NCBI RefSeq assembly: GCF_006345805.1
Contig: NC_043000.1
Location: 68,262,001-68,326,000 of the forward strand
Direction: 5' to 3'
Origin: Octopus sinensis
Taxonomy: Eukaryota
DNA length: 64,000 bases
In this document: positions 25,265 through 38,776 of the stretch, in pieces
How positions within the stretch are numbered: position 1 is the first letter of the stretch
How the letters are laid out: each line of letters begins with the position of its first letter
Program-made: the position numbers and the translations under genes
Notes under the pieces: model-generated
What the model was told of the DNA's origin: nothing
Databases searched by the model: none
The model's input: only the letters and a program-made list of their open reading frames with translations

Positions 25265-26375
25265 TTTGAGAGGGAGGCGAGGTAAAGGAGGCGTGGCTTT
25301 TGTATCAGTGTGGTCGGACATGTTTGATTAGGATTCAATATGTTTTTTTCTCCATTTAGTGATCTTTTGGGTGGGGGAGTAAAGAGATTCAAGTGGTCAA
25401 CGTTTTTACTTGGATAACCAGTTTTTGTTTTTGATTTTCTCCAGTAAGAATTATAATTACATTTCAAGGTCTTGTTTTTAGATTCTTTTGTATTCATTAA
25501 TGTAAGGGGGAGAGAATGGTTGTATGGATGTGGTCAAATTTTTTTGATTAAAATTCCAGACGTTTTTAATTTAGCAGTGTATGGCTATGTTTTGAAAGAG
25601 TGATTTTTAAGTATGTATAGTTATGAGTTTAAATACAATCTGAAAAAGTGTAGGAAAGTGTTTCTCAATTATAAATATGATCTGAATTTCTTTAAAAAAA
25701 AATCATAAATATGATTTAAAAAAGGGGAGGCTGTGAATCTAAATGTCAATGAAAACTTACCTTTCTTAAGTGAAAATATTTTAGTATTCGCATTACTTCT
25801 TTCCAATCATATTTTCCGGGAATGTTAGTTGGGTGTAGTATCTTGGTATGGTGTTGTTATACCCTCGAGTTATTCCATTTCAACCGTTTAATTTTTGCTG
25901 AGGACTTTTTGTTTTTGGAATATAGTTCCGTTGTCTTTCGGAACTTTGGGTCGATTCTTGAATTTTCCTTCTCCACACATTTCCAAATGTTTGCATTTCC
26001 CACACTTTGTTTCATTCGATTCGTATTAACTTTTCAGGGTAAACTCAATTTTTTCAGATTGTAGTGAAAATCATAACTATACTTAAAATTAACTCTTTCA
26101 AAAACATAACCATTCACGGCTAAATCAAAAACAACGTCTGGAATTTTAATCAAAAAAATTTGGCCACATCCTTACAACCATTCTTTGCCCCTTACATTAA
26201 TGAATACAAAAGAATTAAAAAACAAGAACTTGAAAGGTAACTATATACAAAAATTCCTTTTCTCCCCACCCAAAAGGCCACTAAGTGAAAAAAAAACCAA
26301 CATATTGAATCCTAATCAAACAAGTCTGACCACACTGATACAAAATCCACGCCTCCTTTACTTCCCCCTCCCCTA
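25265..26375. repeat. Long imperfect inverted repeat (~25265-25650 vs ~26045-26375)
   Basis: For example, ttttgtatcagtgtggtcggacatgtttgattaggattcaatatg pairs with catattgaatcctaatcaaacaagtctgaccacactgatacaaaa. Confidence 0.8.
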
Positions 26376-27096
26376 AAAATGAGTATTAATGAGTAATATA
26401 TAAAGTAGCTTCGGTTTCTTTATTTCAAAACTCTCGTATAATGCGAAGCACCTAGTTTTGACCCTGGTGTTTTGTTTTAATTTTTCGTGGTATATGCGAT
26501 ACATACATAGAAATTTAATTTTTTCATTGCGTCACAAATTACAAATATATGATACTTAAATTTAATAATTGCTTTGAATTAAAAAAGTAAATATTATTGC
26601 TAAAATTGCGAGGTATTTAATCCTATAATTACTATAACAGCTAATTTCAAATTCTATTTTTAATATTAATTTCGGTGATTCGAGTGCACATAGCAAATTG
26701 TTTTACATAGAACTTGAGCCTGTGTGTTCATGATGTTTTGAATCTTTCTGTATATCTTCAGTTTTAATATTAGGGTGTAAATAAACAGTAAAATTTTCTT
26801 ACCACTTTGTTTTTCTTTGATGAAGTATCATGCGTGCATTGTGTGTGTGCATTATTATTGATCCTTTTCAACCGATTTTACCAGTCGATTCGGTTTCGTA
26901 CATGATTTAGATGATAACCTTAAACGGCGCTCGTCAGATAGGTTAGTATGAAAAGTATGGACATGTAATATACGCTCTCTATTAAAAATATACGAGTTCC
27001 TGTTTTTTCTGACTAATGAATTCTTACACACTACGTGTACATATATGTCATTTGTTCATGTTTTTTTTTTTTATGTCCTGTACCCATATATGCATG

Positions 27097-27221
<125 letters not shown>

Positions 27222-28011
27222 CTTATATATGTAGGTATGTACATATATGTATGTATATATGCATATATTTATATATTATTTATATTAATATATGATCGAA
27301 CGCCACGCATCCATTTCCAAGTGAGTTTTATCTTAATAATTCCGATGCGCACTCTTATTCTTTGTATCTGTCTCCCTATCTAGTTCTTCCTTTCTGCTTT
27401 TCTCTTCCAACCTCTCCCTACTCTTCTCCTCCCCTTCACCGTTCCCTCTCTCTTTCTCTCTCTCACTCTTCCTCCTTGACTCTCTCGTTGCTCACACGTT
27501 TCCAACGGCTATCTTTCTTTCTTCCACTTCCTTCCTAAAGACAAGACGTGCTTTTACCTATCTCTTCTCAAAGCTCGTTTTTCCAGCGTTCACCACTTCA
27601 CATCGTCTTGGCTTAACAGCCCTCACCGTTTATTTTTACTGTTTTGTTCTTACTGTCCTGTTTTTGTTCCCACTTTAACTCTCCGCAAAAAATCCCAAAT
27701 TTTATTTAATTTGCTTTGCGGGAAGGACTGTTTTAACGAAGTCGCGTCTTGTCCCTTCCTTCGAAACTTGAGTAGATAAAAAAAGGAAAACTGACGAAGA
27801 GAATGTTCTTTGTGTCGCCTATTTCGTTTCCCTATTTGTTTCTTTCGTTGCTCGAAAAAAGTTCGTTTTCTATGTTTTTGTTTTTTATGTTCTCGTTTCT
27901 CATTTTGCCTACGTTTTTTTTATGTCCTGTACCCATATATGCATGTATATGTACATATGTAGGTATGTACATATATGTATGTATATATACATATATGTAC
28001 ATATACACACA

Positions 28012-28052
<41 letters not shown>

Positions 28053-28084
28053 GTATATATATATTGGATGTTGTATGTGTGCGA

Positions 28085-28360
28085 CGTGACTCTTAGTTGT
28101 ACTGGTAACATGTAACCTAGTAAAACCTGTAGTCGTGTTATTGCCGAGACTACACCAGCAGCCCCATCAAGCCTGCTTGGTAAGGAAAGTGATTTTTGCT
28201 GCTGTAAAGTCAACGGTCATCCAACAGAAAATGCATATTTATGCATGATAAAGCGTAAAACTCAATGAAAGCCCGCTGGGTGTGAGTGACACCCTAGTCT
28301 TTCTTTAAACAACTGTATAGGAGAACAAAAACTGATATAATTCCTGCGACGTCGTTTGCC
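28085..28360 (+). mobile_element. Diverged relative of retroposon X, 5' part
   Basis: Shares actggtaacatgtaacc.agt, aagc.tgcttggt.agga and gtcaacgg.catccaa with 18341-18550. Confidence 0.55.
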
Positions 28361-29957
28361 TTCAATGATGTAGACTAATTCCTATTTCTGGGTAAATGCA
28401 TACGTTGTTCAGAAAGTAGGATTGTCCCTGTGTAAGACATTTCCTCATTTTAAAAGTTTCAGACGCACACCGTTTGATTAGTTAACATTTGTATTAACAT
28501 TTCTATATGTTGCATAATTTGACTGACTGTATCCAAAAGAAGGTGAAACTTTTAATACAAAATGACAATAATTCACTGATTTATGGAAATAGGGGTCTGG
28601 AATGGATAGTGAAAGGGCCCAGTTCAGCAAGTGTCCCAGGGTACCGTTGTCTGGGTCCGATTTTCATCTTGTTATTGCGAGAAGGTTCAGACCTTCGAAT
28701 GCTGGTTGCTGGAATATTCGTTCCTTATTAGACTATGAATCCCCTACAACGCACCCTGAAAACAGATCGTAATAAAGGGGCTGCAGCGATGTGACATAGA
28801 TGTAATGGCTTTATCTGAAATGAGACTTTCTGAAAAGAGTCACTTCACAGGACAGTCTGGTTGCTGCACATTTTATTTGAGAGGAAGAGCAGAGAGGTGC
28901 AAAAGAAAAGTTGCTATAGCGTTTTGCAGCAAAACATGTGTTTGAGAACCATGTGTTTGAGAAGCAAGCGTCTTACTACATAGCCATGCCTACACCGATA
29001 TAATTGGATTTTTAAAAATCATCAAATCACTATAAAGGTCCAACCAATGGAAATCAAAGGATTCCATGGGTAAAAAATGGTTGAGAACCACTATACTAGG
29101 GCTTGATTTGTGGATGAGAGAGCCCTTGTCAGTCATCCAAGTAAGGTTTATTTTGTATATGGTTTAGAATGTTGCAATCAAAATAACATTCAAAAGCTAA
29201 ATTCTTTCAAATCTGATTATGAAAAGGGAACTTTTAATGAAATTGATGAATGTTTCCTTAGCTAAGGGTGCTGCTGAGTTTAGCTCTCTCTTAACATTAA
29301 AAGACCCTTTCCTCGAGAGAAAGAGCATAGGTTTAATGAGTGATTAATCTATATTTGTAAAACACGCTGAAGCAAAATATAACACTGACATCTTATCCAA
29401 GCATGTATAAAGGAAGAAAAATAATTATAATCAATAATTAGTTTGCAGAGCCTAAAGAGAATGCAGTTATACCTTAATGGAAGAAATATACTTTAACGCA
29501 GTAATTCTTCAATGGTATGCCACTTTGAAATAGTGTACTGAAAGATGTATCTCTGTGTGCCGTGGACTTTTGAAAATATAATTTTATAATATCTACAATG
29601 ATACTTTGACTGAAAGAACTGTTATTCATAACATTATTATAAACAATATGATTAATAAAACAAGTTAAGCTATAGTTTTCCTTATTTTTTGTAATTTTTT
29701 TTAAAAAGTAAATTTTAAAACTTTATAGTATTTCATTTATTTCTTACAATATTTATCGCTGTCAAGGAGAAAATTCTTATGAATTAACTCTGAAATCGGG
29801 GCCGATACGATAATAACGAAATTCTTTAGAAATTTCTGTCGGGTTACTTCGAGACGCGTGCTTATAGTGATGAATTATATGATTATTGACGATTTAAGTC
29901 TATTTTCGGCATATTTGGCATTATAATTTTTTTTATTTTGCCCTTGTTTATAAGTTG

Positions 29958-30046
<89 letters not shown>

Positions 30047-30294
30047 TGTGTGTGTGTGTGTATAAGTAAATCAATGGAGTTGAACGCAGATGTTATTCAA
30101 AGAATTTGAATAACATCTGTATTCAACTCCATTTATTTATACTATACAAATTACTGCACATTAACCCAGAGTTTCTACCTTTGAATAGGTCGCTGCATCC
30201 TTGTTACTTACGTGAATTTTGCTACCCTGGTAACTGTTTAATGTTAACGGTAAACAAAGGATAATTCATTCATCCATTTATATATATATATATA

Positions 30295-30610
30295 TCATCA
30301 TCATCATCATCATCATAGTCGTTTAACGTCCATTTTCCATGCTAGCATGAGTTGGATGGTTTGACTGAGGGCTGGCAAGCCAGAAGGCTGCAGCAGGCTC
30401 CAATCTGGTCTGGCAAAGTTTCTACAGCTAGATGCCCTTCCTAATGCTAACCACACTGAGTGTGTAGTGGGTGCTTTTTACGTGCCATTGGCACAAGGGC
30501 CAGTCAGGTGGTACCCGTGCTTTTTACGTGCCACCGGCATGGGACAAGTCAGCCACCACTGGCATCGACCACATATGGATGGTACTTTTTACATGCCACC
30601 AGTACAGGAC
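30295..30610 (-). mobile_element. Short retroposon with a (GAT)n tail (RTE-related 3' end)
   Basis: catcatcat...gtttaacgtccattttccatgctagcatg...gatgcccttcctaatgctaacc, with the internal tandem motif gtgctttttacgtgcca. Confidence 0.7.
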
Positions 30611-30674
30611 CAAACTATGCTATTTTAATCCCGAGCAAGACCAGGTATCTCTGCTAGTATATATAAAATGAGCC

Positions 30675-30806
30675 TCTTTTAGTTTCTGTTTACTAAATCC
30701 ACTCACAAAGCTTTGGTTGGCCTGGGTTTATAGTAGAAGAATGCTACACAGTGGGACTGAACCCATGTGGTTGGGAAGCAAACTTCTTACCACACAGCCA
30801 TGCCTG
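30675..30806 (-). mobile_element. SINE family C, 5' part
   Basis: caggcatggctgtgtggtaagaagtttgcttcccaaccacatgggttcagtcccac. Confidence 0.8.
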
Positions 30807-31225
<419 letters not shown>

Positions 31226-31242
31226 CATGCATGCACATTGCA

Positions 31243-31400
31243 GAGGTGTGTGGTTTAGTGGTTCCGTGATGCATTGTGTTCTTGAGCAAATCTCTTCATT
31301 TCAAGTCCACTCGAATGGCAAAAATGACTATTTGTGTGACAAATCAGTGTTCAGTCCAGTGGGAATATACATACACCACAGGATCTGAGAAACTGACCGT
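31243..31400 (+). mobile_element. SINE family D, deleted copy
   Basis: tggtttagtggtt...gcattgtgttcttgagcaaa...ggcaaaaatga. Confidence 0.55.
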
Positions 31401-31620
31401 TTGAACTATGGATCATGAAGGACATTTATTAATGTACAGTGTCCTTCTGTTTTTACAATGGTAGGATGAAATTTGGCTGCTATTTCTAACAGTTTAAACG
31501 ATCACATAGAGGCTAACTTATTGGGGATTATTCCTGATAATATATTAACTAAGCAAGGAACACTGGTTTACATGGGATTTCAGATTATTTATTTTTCAGC
31601 TTTCTCAATGAAGTGTGATA

Positions 31621-31837
31621 CAAGGGGTTGCTGAAAAGTTCCTGGCTTTAAGGGTATTGTGAAAAGACTGGTTGGAGGCCCAACCTTCCCGGCTCTTTTA
31701 CAGGGCTTAGAAAAACTGAAGGACTACTGCAATAAGTGTGTGAATCTGAGAGGGGAATATGTTGAATAAAATCATACTTAACTGATCTTCTTGCATTTTC
31801 TTTTATCTAAAGCCAGGAACTTTTCAGCAACCCCTCA
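31621..31837 (+). mobile_element. Mariner-derived MITE (217 bp) with TA target duplication
   Basis: TA|caaggggttgctgaaaagttcctggcttta ... taaagccaggaacttttcagcaacccctca|TA. Paralogue at 9051-9267. Confidence 0.9.
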
Positions 31838-33759
31838 TAGTTGTTCAGTCTGAGATTGTACTAGCTGATTAATGTTAGTGGGGTGCCATGTACTTCCTGA
31901 AAATTAGAGATGATTATTAGAAAAATTGTTAAAATACTGGAGAATGCATGATTGTTATAGTATTGTAATATAACCTTAAATAAGCTTTGATTGAGCAGAC
32001 CTATAAACAAAGGCGCTATAGCTGTGCCTATCCTATCAGCATTCCATTTTCTACCATCCCATCAATGTTTCAGTTGTAAATTATTATATATTAACGATGA
32101 TATTATCCAATATTATCTTCTATATTCAAGATGGCAGGAAGTGGTTTAAGACTTGGAGAATGTGTTTTATATGTAAAGAATGTAATATGCCATATTCTTA
32201 ATATGAACCACAGAACAAGGAGAAAGTTTTGATTTCTATCTGAGTGAAAAAGAATGTAGTGAAAAGTGTTTCACTCTGAGCATTTACACAATGCTCCCAA
32301 CTCAAGAAGTTTTGTATCAAAAATCAAATATCTTCCTCACTCAGCTGCCTATGAGATGATATTTAATCTAATAAAATATATATAGTAATAGCTGTACATG
32401 TATTTACAATGACATAGGAAAACAGAAGACATTGTATAACCTGAGCATTGGTTTTATTATATGCTTAGTGAAACTAAAATATGAAAAAATAAATAAAAAG
32501 TTGCATAAAAGAATTAAAAGAGAGCTTTGATATACTCACAGTTGATCAATAAATCTCGTTTTATAATTATCCAGCAAAAAAATTGTTATATAAATTCTTT
32601 CAAGACTGGTCTATTTTGTTTCAAGGAATCTTCATCAAAGAAGACCTGCTGGTTTTTAATAAATTACACTCAGGCAAATCTCAGTTTCTTCTTCAGAAAG
32701 CAATTAAACCATATGTTGAATTGATCAATGGCAAAGAATAGCTCTTGAGTTGTTTACTGTTTTAATGATACACCCCTCATGTTTCTCTACCCACATAGGC
32801 TTGCCATAAATTTGGCCTGCACTACCAGATGCCTTTTGGTACGTTTTTCTTGTGAATAATATCCTCCGGAACAAAGAAATACAACACCAATACATTTATT
32901 TCTTATTTAGTAGAGCTATAATAAATGGTTATCAGGTACATGATTACTTAACGAGAGGCAAAAATGTATACAGCCTTGAGTTTCTAGGTCTTATTTATAT
33001 TTTCTTTATTTTTTTCCAGACATCTGGTAAAAAGTTTCTTATTCTTTATTTCTTCATACAACTTGATAATATTTCTAAGAATATGTGTTTTGCCTGGTTA
33101 TGATTTTGTTTTGATTATTTTCACACATGGAGGAGTAATATGATTGCTTTTTCATAAGTTTCAAATCAAGTAATTTTCATATTTATACTGGATTTGTTTC
33201 TTACAGCAGCCTCCTCTTAGTAAGAAACATTTTAAAACATCATTTAACTATCAAAGTGTTGAAATTTAATGTAATGTATATGCTTTAGAGCTTGCAATAA
33301 TAGATATTACAAGCTAAATCTTATTTACACTGTTTCTATGAATTTTTTACATATAAAAGTCTATTTGGAATTTAAATATGATTTTTCTTTATTTCTTTTT
33401 TATTATTAAGAAGTCCAATGAGGAAGAGCAGTGTCCATAACCCTGGTAGACCTTACCAGACACATGAAGTTGTTTCTGTTGTCCCTGACCAAGCAGACCT
33501 ATAATCAAAAACATTTCAACAATGACGTTATCTAATATTCCCTTCCTTATTTAAGATGGTAGGGTATGATTTAAGTACATCTGGCAGGTATTTTTTGCAG
33601 GATGGGTGACCAGGTAAAGGCTTCTGTATTTGCTCGAGGCTGGCAAGGTTGATATAGTTGATGTTTAACTTGATTGAAGCTTGTAAGATGAGTGTAGGCT
33701 GAAGGGAGTTCCAAAGAATTGTGTTTTGGGCAATGGGGAGTGGATTAGGCAAGGTGTTT

Positions 33760-34095
33760 AGTATATGGTTTAGTGGTTCAGGTATTTGGCTTGTAAGGTC
33801 ATGAGTTTGATTCCCAGCTGTGCGTTATGTCCTTCAGCAAGACACTTTATTTCATATTGCTCCAGTCCTCTCAGCTGGCAAAAATGAGTTGTACCTATAT
33901 TTCAAAGGGTCAGCCTTGTCACATTCCATGTCACACTGAATTTCACAGAGAACTACGTTAAGGGTACACATGTCTGTGGAGAGCTCAGCCACTTACGTGT
34001 TTGGGCAGTGGGGAGTAGATTAGGTGAGATGTTTAGGCTGTTCCGTTGATCAGTTCAACTGGAACACTCATCATCATAATCGATGGACTGCCAGT
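33760..34095 (+). mobile_element. SINE family D
   Basis: tggtttagtggttcaggt...gtttgattcccagc...gtccttcagcaagacactttatttcatattgctccagtc. Confidence 0.7.
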
Positions 34096-34433
34096 TAGTG
34101 GATGATGAAAAGGGAAGAAGAGAATGCATCTAGTGGTAAGGGAACTGCTACAGCATGAACAAAAGAGATACTGAAGGAAAGAGAGGGGGAAGAAATTACA
34201 TTATATTCCAGCTGTGTTGTACTTTGTAAGTAAAGCTTTCCTTTTGGGGTGTAATCTAAATTGTTAATGAGTACAACAGGTAATCTACCACAGATATGTG
34301 AACAATTCTCTGTTAGTTGCACTTGTGCTTTGTGGAGATTTAGTAAATTTTCATAGCTGACTGATGTATTATTTTTCTCCTTGGGCCTTCAACTCCTGAT
34401 GAAGTGGTAGGATTTGTGTCAGGACATATGGAG

Positions 34434-34465
<32 letters not shown>

Positions 34466-34699
34466 AGAATAAGAAGGGGGATGAAGAGGAGGAGGTGAAG
34501 GAGGAGTAGAAGGGAGGAGGAGGAGAATGTGAAGGAGGAGGAGAATGTGAAGGAGGAGAATGTGAAGGAGGAGAAGAAGGGGAGGAAGAGGAGGTATTGG
34601 TGGTGGTGATTGCAGTGGAGGAGGAGAAAATAAAGAATTGACTTCAGTGCTTGACTGGTATTGTATTCATTGACCCCAAAAGAATGAGAGACTAAGTTG

Positions 34700-36460
34700 A
34701 TCTTGGTGGAATTTTAACAAACTGTAGGGAACCAAAATGGGTACCACCACAAAGCACTCAGTCTCATACTTTAATGCCTCCACTAATTTACTGCCATATG
34801 ATTGATGTATATTTGGACCCAAAGAGAAATTACCATCTTCACCATCACTAACAGCAAACTCCATAACAACTAAGGAATTTACACCTGCAATGCTGCGATG
34901 TCACCTTCAAAATAAGCGCAACTATGCCTCCCCTGGTCTCGATGGAGTTACATACCTGCTTCTCAAACGTGGCAGGCACTTCCTTTTACACCAGCTTTCT
35001 ATTTTCTTCCAGTACTGTCTCAACAATGGTGCTACTCCAGAGCAGTGGAAAACTGCCAGTGTCATTCCTCTGTTCAAAAAGGGTGATCGCACATCACCTG
35101 TCAACTATCACCCAGTCAGTCTCACTAGCTGTATTGCAAAACTGATGGAATCGTGTGTCAGAGAAACACTCTGGAACTTCTGGAGCTCTCACAGTCTCAT
35201 CCGACCCTCACAATATGGATTTGTCCCTAACTCCAGCTGCAGTGACCAGCTTGTCGAGTTCCTTGAGGACATTACTCAGATCACTGACAGTGGCTCATGG
35301 GTGGATGTTGTCTACCTTGACTTTGCTAAGGCTTTCAACTCTGTGCCACACAAAAGGCTTATGGTGAAACTCTCTGCAATGGGTGTGGGCGATGACCTTT
35401 TTAACTGGTTGAAATCCTTCATCCTCAGCCGAAAGGAGGTAGTCACAGTTCTAGGACAGCACTCTACACCATATGAGATGTCATCGGGTGTACCACAGGG
35501 ATCTGTCCTTGGTCCCCTCCTGTTTGTGGCATACATTAATGACATAGATGCCAATTTAAAGAATGCCACAGTATTGAAATATGCAGACGACATCAAGCTG
35601 TACCTTGAAATCAAGAGGACTGATCCTGATGTCTACAACTCTTTCCTGCAATCAGACCTAGACACAATGCAGCAATGGATCACAGACTGGCAACTGAAAC
35701 TGGCTGTGGACAAGTGTACCACCATGCATTTTGGGAGAAAAAACCCTGTGTCCACATACTCCCTCCACAACACTGATATCAAGAAATCCTCTTGCGAGCG
35801 TGACCTAGGTATCACTGTCAGCAGTGATTTGCGTTGGACAAAGCATATCTCTAAAATTGTCAAGAAGGCCGAGGGTGTCTTGGCATCACTCAGCAAGACT
35901 TTTGTTAGCCGCTCTCCAGCCATCTATTTAAAACTGTATACAGCTATGGTACGACCACACTTGGAATTTGCATCATCAGTTTGGAATCCCTATCTTGCTC
36001 AGAACATTGACCTCCTGGAATCTGTCCAGAGACGTGCAACCAAACGCATACCCTCCATCAGACACCTACCATATTCTGAGCGCCTTGTTTCCCTGGGCAT
36101 GGATTCACTGAAGCTCCGGCGTCTGGCGACGGACTTGGTAAACACCCACAAGGTTATCAACCACCTCACCAACAACAACACTGAACACCTTTTTGATCTC
36201 CATGTGTCTAACACACGTGGACATGCCTACAAAGTCAGAAAACAGCACAGCTCCCATGACTTTCGGAAACATTTTTTCACGCTCAGGGTTGCTGAAGCAT
36301 GGAATAAACTGCCTGCATCAGTTGTTGACTGCCATGACACTGCATCCTTTAAGGCCCTCATGCTTCCTGAAATCCGTCGAAACTACACCTGATTATATAT
36401 ACACTTTAGATGAGTTGTAGTGCACCTGAGCACTGTACAGAATTATTATTATTATTATTA
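34700..36460 (+). mobile_element. 5'-truncated CR1-type LINE
   Basis: RT ORF followed by a short 3' UTR and an (ATT)n tail at ~36441-36460. Confidence 0.9.
34890..36392 (+). CDS. CR1-type LINE ORF2, reverse transcriptase portion (500 aa, open)
   Basis: SPGLDG, WKTASVIPLFKKGD..NYHPVSLTS, QYGF, YLDFAKAFNSVPH, SGVPQGSVLGPLLF, YADD, ERDLG, FFTLRVAEAWNKLP. Confidence 0.92.
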   Translation: MLRCHLQNKRNYASPGLDGVTYLLLKRGRHFLLHQLSIFFQYCLNNGATPEQWKTASVIPLFKKGDRTSPVNYHPVSLTSCIAKLMESCVRETLWNFWSSHSLIRPSQYGFVPNSSCSDQLVEFLEDITQITDSGSWVDVVYLDFAKAFNSVPHKRLMVKLSAMGVGDDLFNWLKSFILSRKEVVTVLGQHSTPYEMSSGVPQGSVLGPLLFVAYINDIDANLKNATVLKYADDIKLYLEIKRTDPDVYNSFLQSDLDTMQQWITDWQLKLAVDKCTTMHFGRKNPVSTYSLHNTDIKKSSCERDLGITVSSDLRWTKHISKIVKKAEGVLASLSKTFVSRSPAIYLKLYTAMVRPHLEFASSVWNPYLAQNIDLLESVQRRATKRIPSIRHLPYSERLVSLGMDSLKLRRLATDLVNTHKVINHLTNNNTEHLFDLHVSNTRGHAYKVRKQHSSHDFRKHFFTLRVAEAWNKLPASVVDCHDTASFKALMLPEIRRNYT

Positions 36461-36504
36461 TATAAAGTCTAATTATTGCAATGCAGTTTTGGCCTCTATA
36501 ATAT

Positions 36505-36696
36505 TGGTTTCAAATTTTGGCAAGAGTAAGTTGATTACATTAACTCCAGTGAGAAACTGATCCTTATTTTATTGACCCTGAAAGGATGAAAGGCAAAGTC
36601 AACCCAAGCAGAATTTGAACTCAGATAAAAAAGATGGACAAAATGCTGCTAAGCATTTTGTTCATCATGCTAACAACTCTGCCAGCTCACCACCCT
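36505..36696 (-). mobile_element. SINE family A
   Basis: Reverse complement of ggtggtgagctggcagagttgttagcatg...ctttgcctttcatcctttcagggtcaataaaataag. Confidence 0.8.
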
Positions 36697-37044
36697 AGCC
36701 CCAGAAAAAAAAATATTATGACACTGCAACTAAACAATAGCTGTTTACTGTTTATTATGATTATGTTCTGGTATCTTCCATAATAAACCAGCACTTGTCT
36801 TAAAGCAATAGCCCAGGCATCCCACAGGTCTAGGGTGCCGCTTCTGATCTATGTATGCTTTGTCAATATTATAGGGGCCTGTAATGCTGCTAAGATGGTC
36901 CTGTAATGAACCACACTTGATTTCTGTTTACACCTAAAAGTGGTGGAACAGTGCCTGCTTCATTACTAATTCAATAATTCAAGTCTTACTTGTTTACATT
37001 CTATAGCTGAAAAACACTTTGCTCCTAGCTGAGCAGATGTTGCT

Positions 37045-37170
37045 GGGGTCGACTTTGCCTTTCATCATTTTGGGTTCAATAAAATAAGTAGCAGCTGAGC
37101 ACTGGGGTGATGTAACTGACTAGCCCGACCCAACAAAATTTTAGGTCTTGTGCCTCCATTAGAAGAGATT
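37045..37170 (+). mobile_element. SINE family A, 3' half
   Basis: ggggtcgactttgcctttcatcattttgggttcaataaaataagtagcagctgagcactgggg. Confidence 0.7.
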
Positions 37171-38373
37171 AATTGCTGAATACAAAAGATTATGCTACCA
37201 TAATTTAGTTTAGAACTGGCTGTATAATCAGTAAGGGCTGTATAGTTTAACTATATCATGCACTTATCTATACTTACACAACCTTTCAACTCATGCTAAA
37301 GGAATATGACATAGAAAAAAGTAAAACTTCAATACTGTCTAGGAACCACCCCTTTATATTTAAAGCCTGGCACAAATAGTATTTCATTTTATTAATTTTA
37401 TCTAAAGGTTAGATTGAATGTATCTCCCCCATTTATTAGTGCCATTTTAGATAACAAAATATATTGGAAAACTTCCTCTCATAAAACATATCTTAATGAC
37501 ACTTGTAATTACACTGATTATTTCACTTGCAACTGTTCTAAAATAATTAAATACACTTATTTCACAGCTTCTTGTCACTTTATCCCTTCTGTTCCTTCCA
37601 TCCTACCTCTCTCTAGCCTTATCTTTCTTACACATTCACCCATGCACCCTTATGCTCCTCCTTCTATACACACACGCACACACACACACACACACTTATA
37701 CACACACATGCGCGTACACATACAAACACACACATGCATGCATATGCACACACTCACACACACATGTATACTAAAAAACATAAATATCTTATTTCAAAGA
37801 TGCCATATAATTTTGTGTAAGTGGTTGATATTTGATAAATAAAAAATGCTTCAGTTTAGAATCGGTTGATGTTGCTGCCATCAGGACAAATGTGAAGAGG
37901 AAGAAAAAGAACTTTGTGTGTTTCATTTTCAATATTACTGTCAGCCACAGCTGTAGTAACAGACCCTTTACTGAACTCCTTTTATAGTTTTTTTTATTGC
38001 AGACTTTGGTTTCATTTCACTTGATTCTTCATTTATTTCTTCTTAACTTACATTGATACAGAAGTTTTTCTATGCATCTGGAGTATGTATGTAAATCATT
38101 TCATATAGTAAATTGTTGCATGTTAATATGGTCCTTATATTCCACTAATTTAGTGACTTAATTAGCTTTGAGGGAGGAAGAAGGGGTATAAATCACAGAT
38201 TTTCAGGAAAAAAATTATTGATTGCAGTTCTTCTTATTTTCTTGCCATCAATAAAGTGCCTTTCAAAAGTTTTAAATAAAAGATCTAACTAAATTGAATT
38301 AGACAAATCTTGTAAGATTGAGAAATTTTTTTCTGCCTTCAATAAAATATGAACAGATGATGCTGTATGGCTA

Positions 38374-38776
38374 GGAGCAGGCATGGCTGTGTGGTAAGAA
38401 GTTTGCTTCTCAAGCACATGGTTCCAGGTTCAGTTCCACTGTGTGGCACCTTGAGCAAGTGTCTTCTACTATAGCCTTGAGTAGAACAAAGCCTTGTGAG
38501 TAGACATGAGATGAAAACTGTAAGAAGCCCATCATATATGTGTATATATATCTATGTGTGTATCTTTGTGTCTGTGTTTGTCCCCCACTGCACCACTTGA
38601 CAACTGGTTTTGGTGTGTTTATGCCCCTATAATTTAGTGGTTTGGCAAAAGAGAGTGAGAGAATAAGCCACCGGGTTTTAAAAAAGAAATACTGTGGTCG
38701 ATTCATTCAACTAAAAATTCCTCAAGGTAGTGACTGAGCATGGCCACAGTCTACTGACTGAAACAAGTAAAAGAAA
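38374..38776 (+). mobile_element. Full-length SINE family C
   Basis: Runs from ggagcaggcatggctgtgtggtaagaag to gactgaaacaagtaaaagaaaa. Confidence 0.9.

Noticed and set aside
32530-32920. Protein-like stretches on both strands near a GTGAGT motif
   Set aside because: There are stops in every minus-strand frame across the candidate exon and no recognisable domain on either strand.
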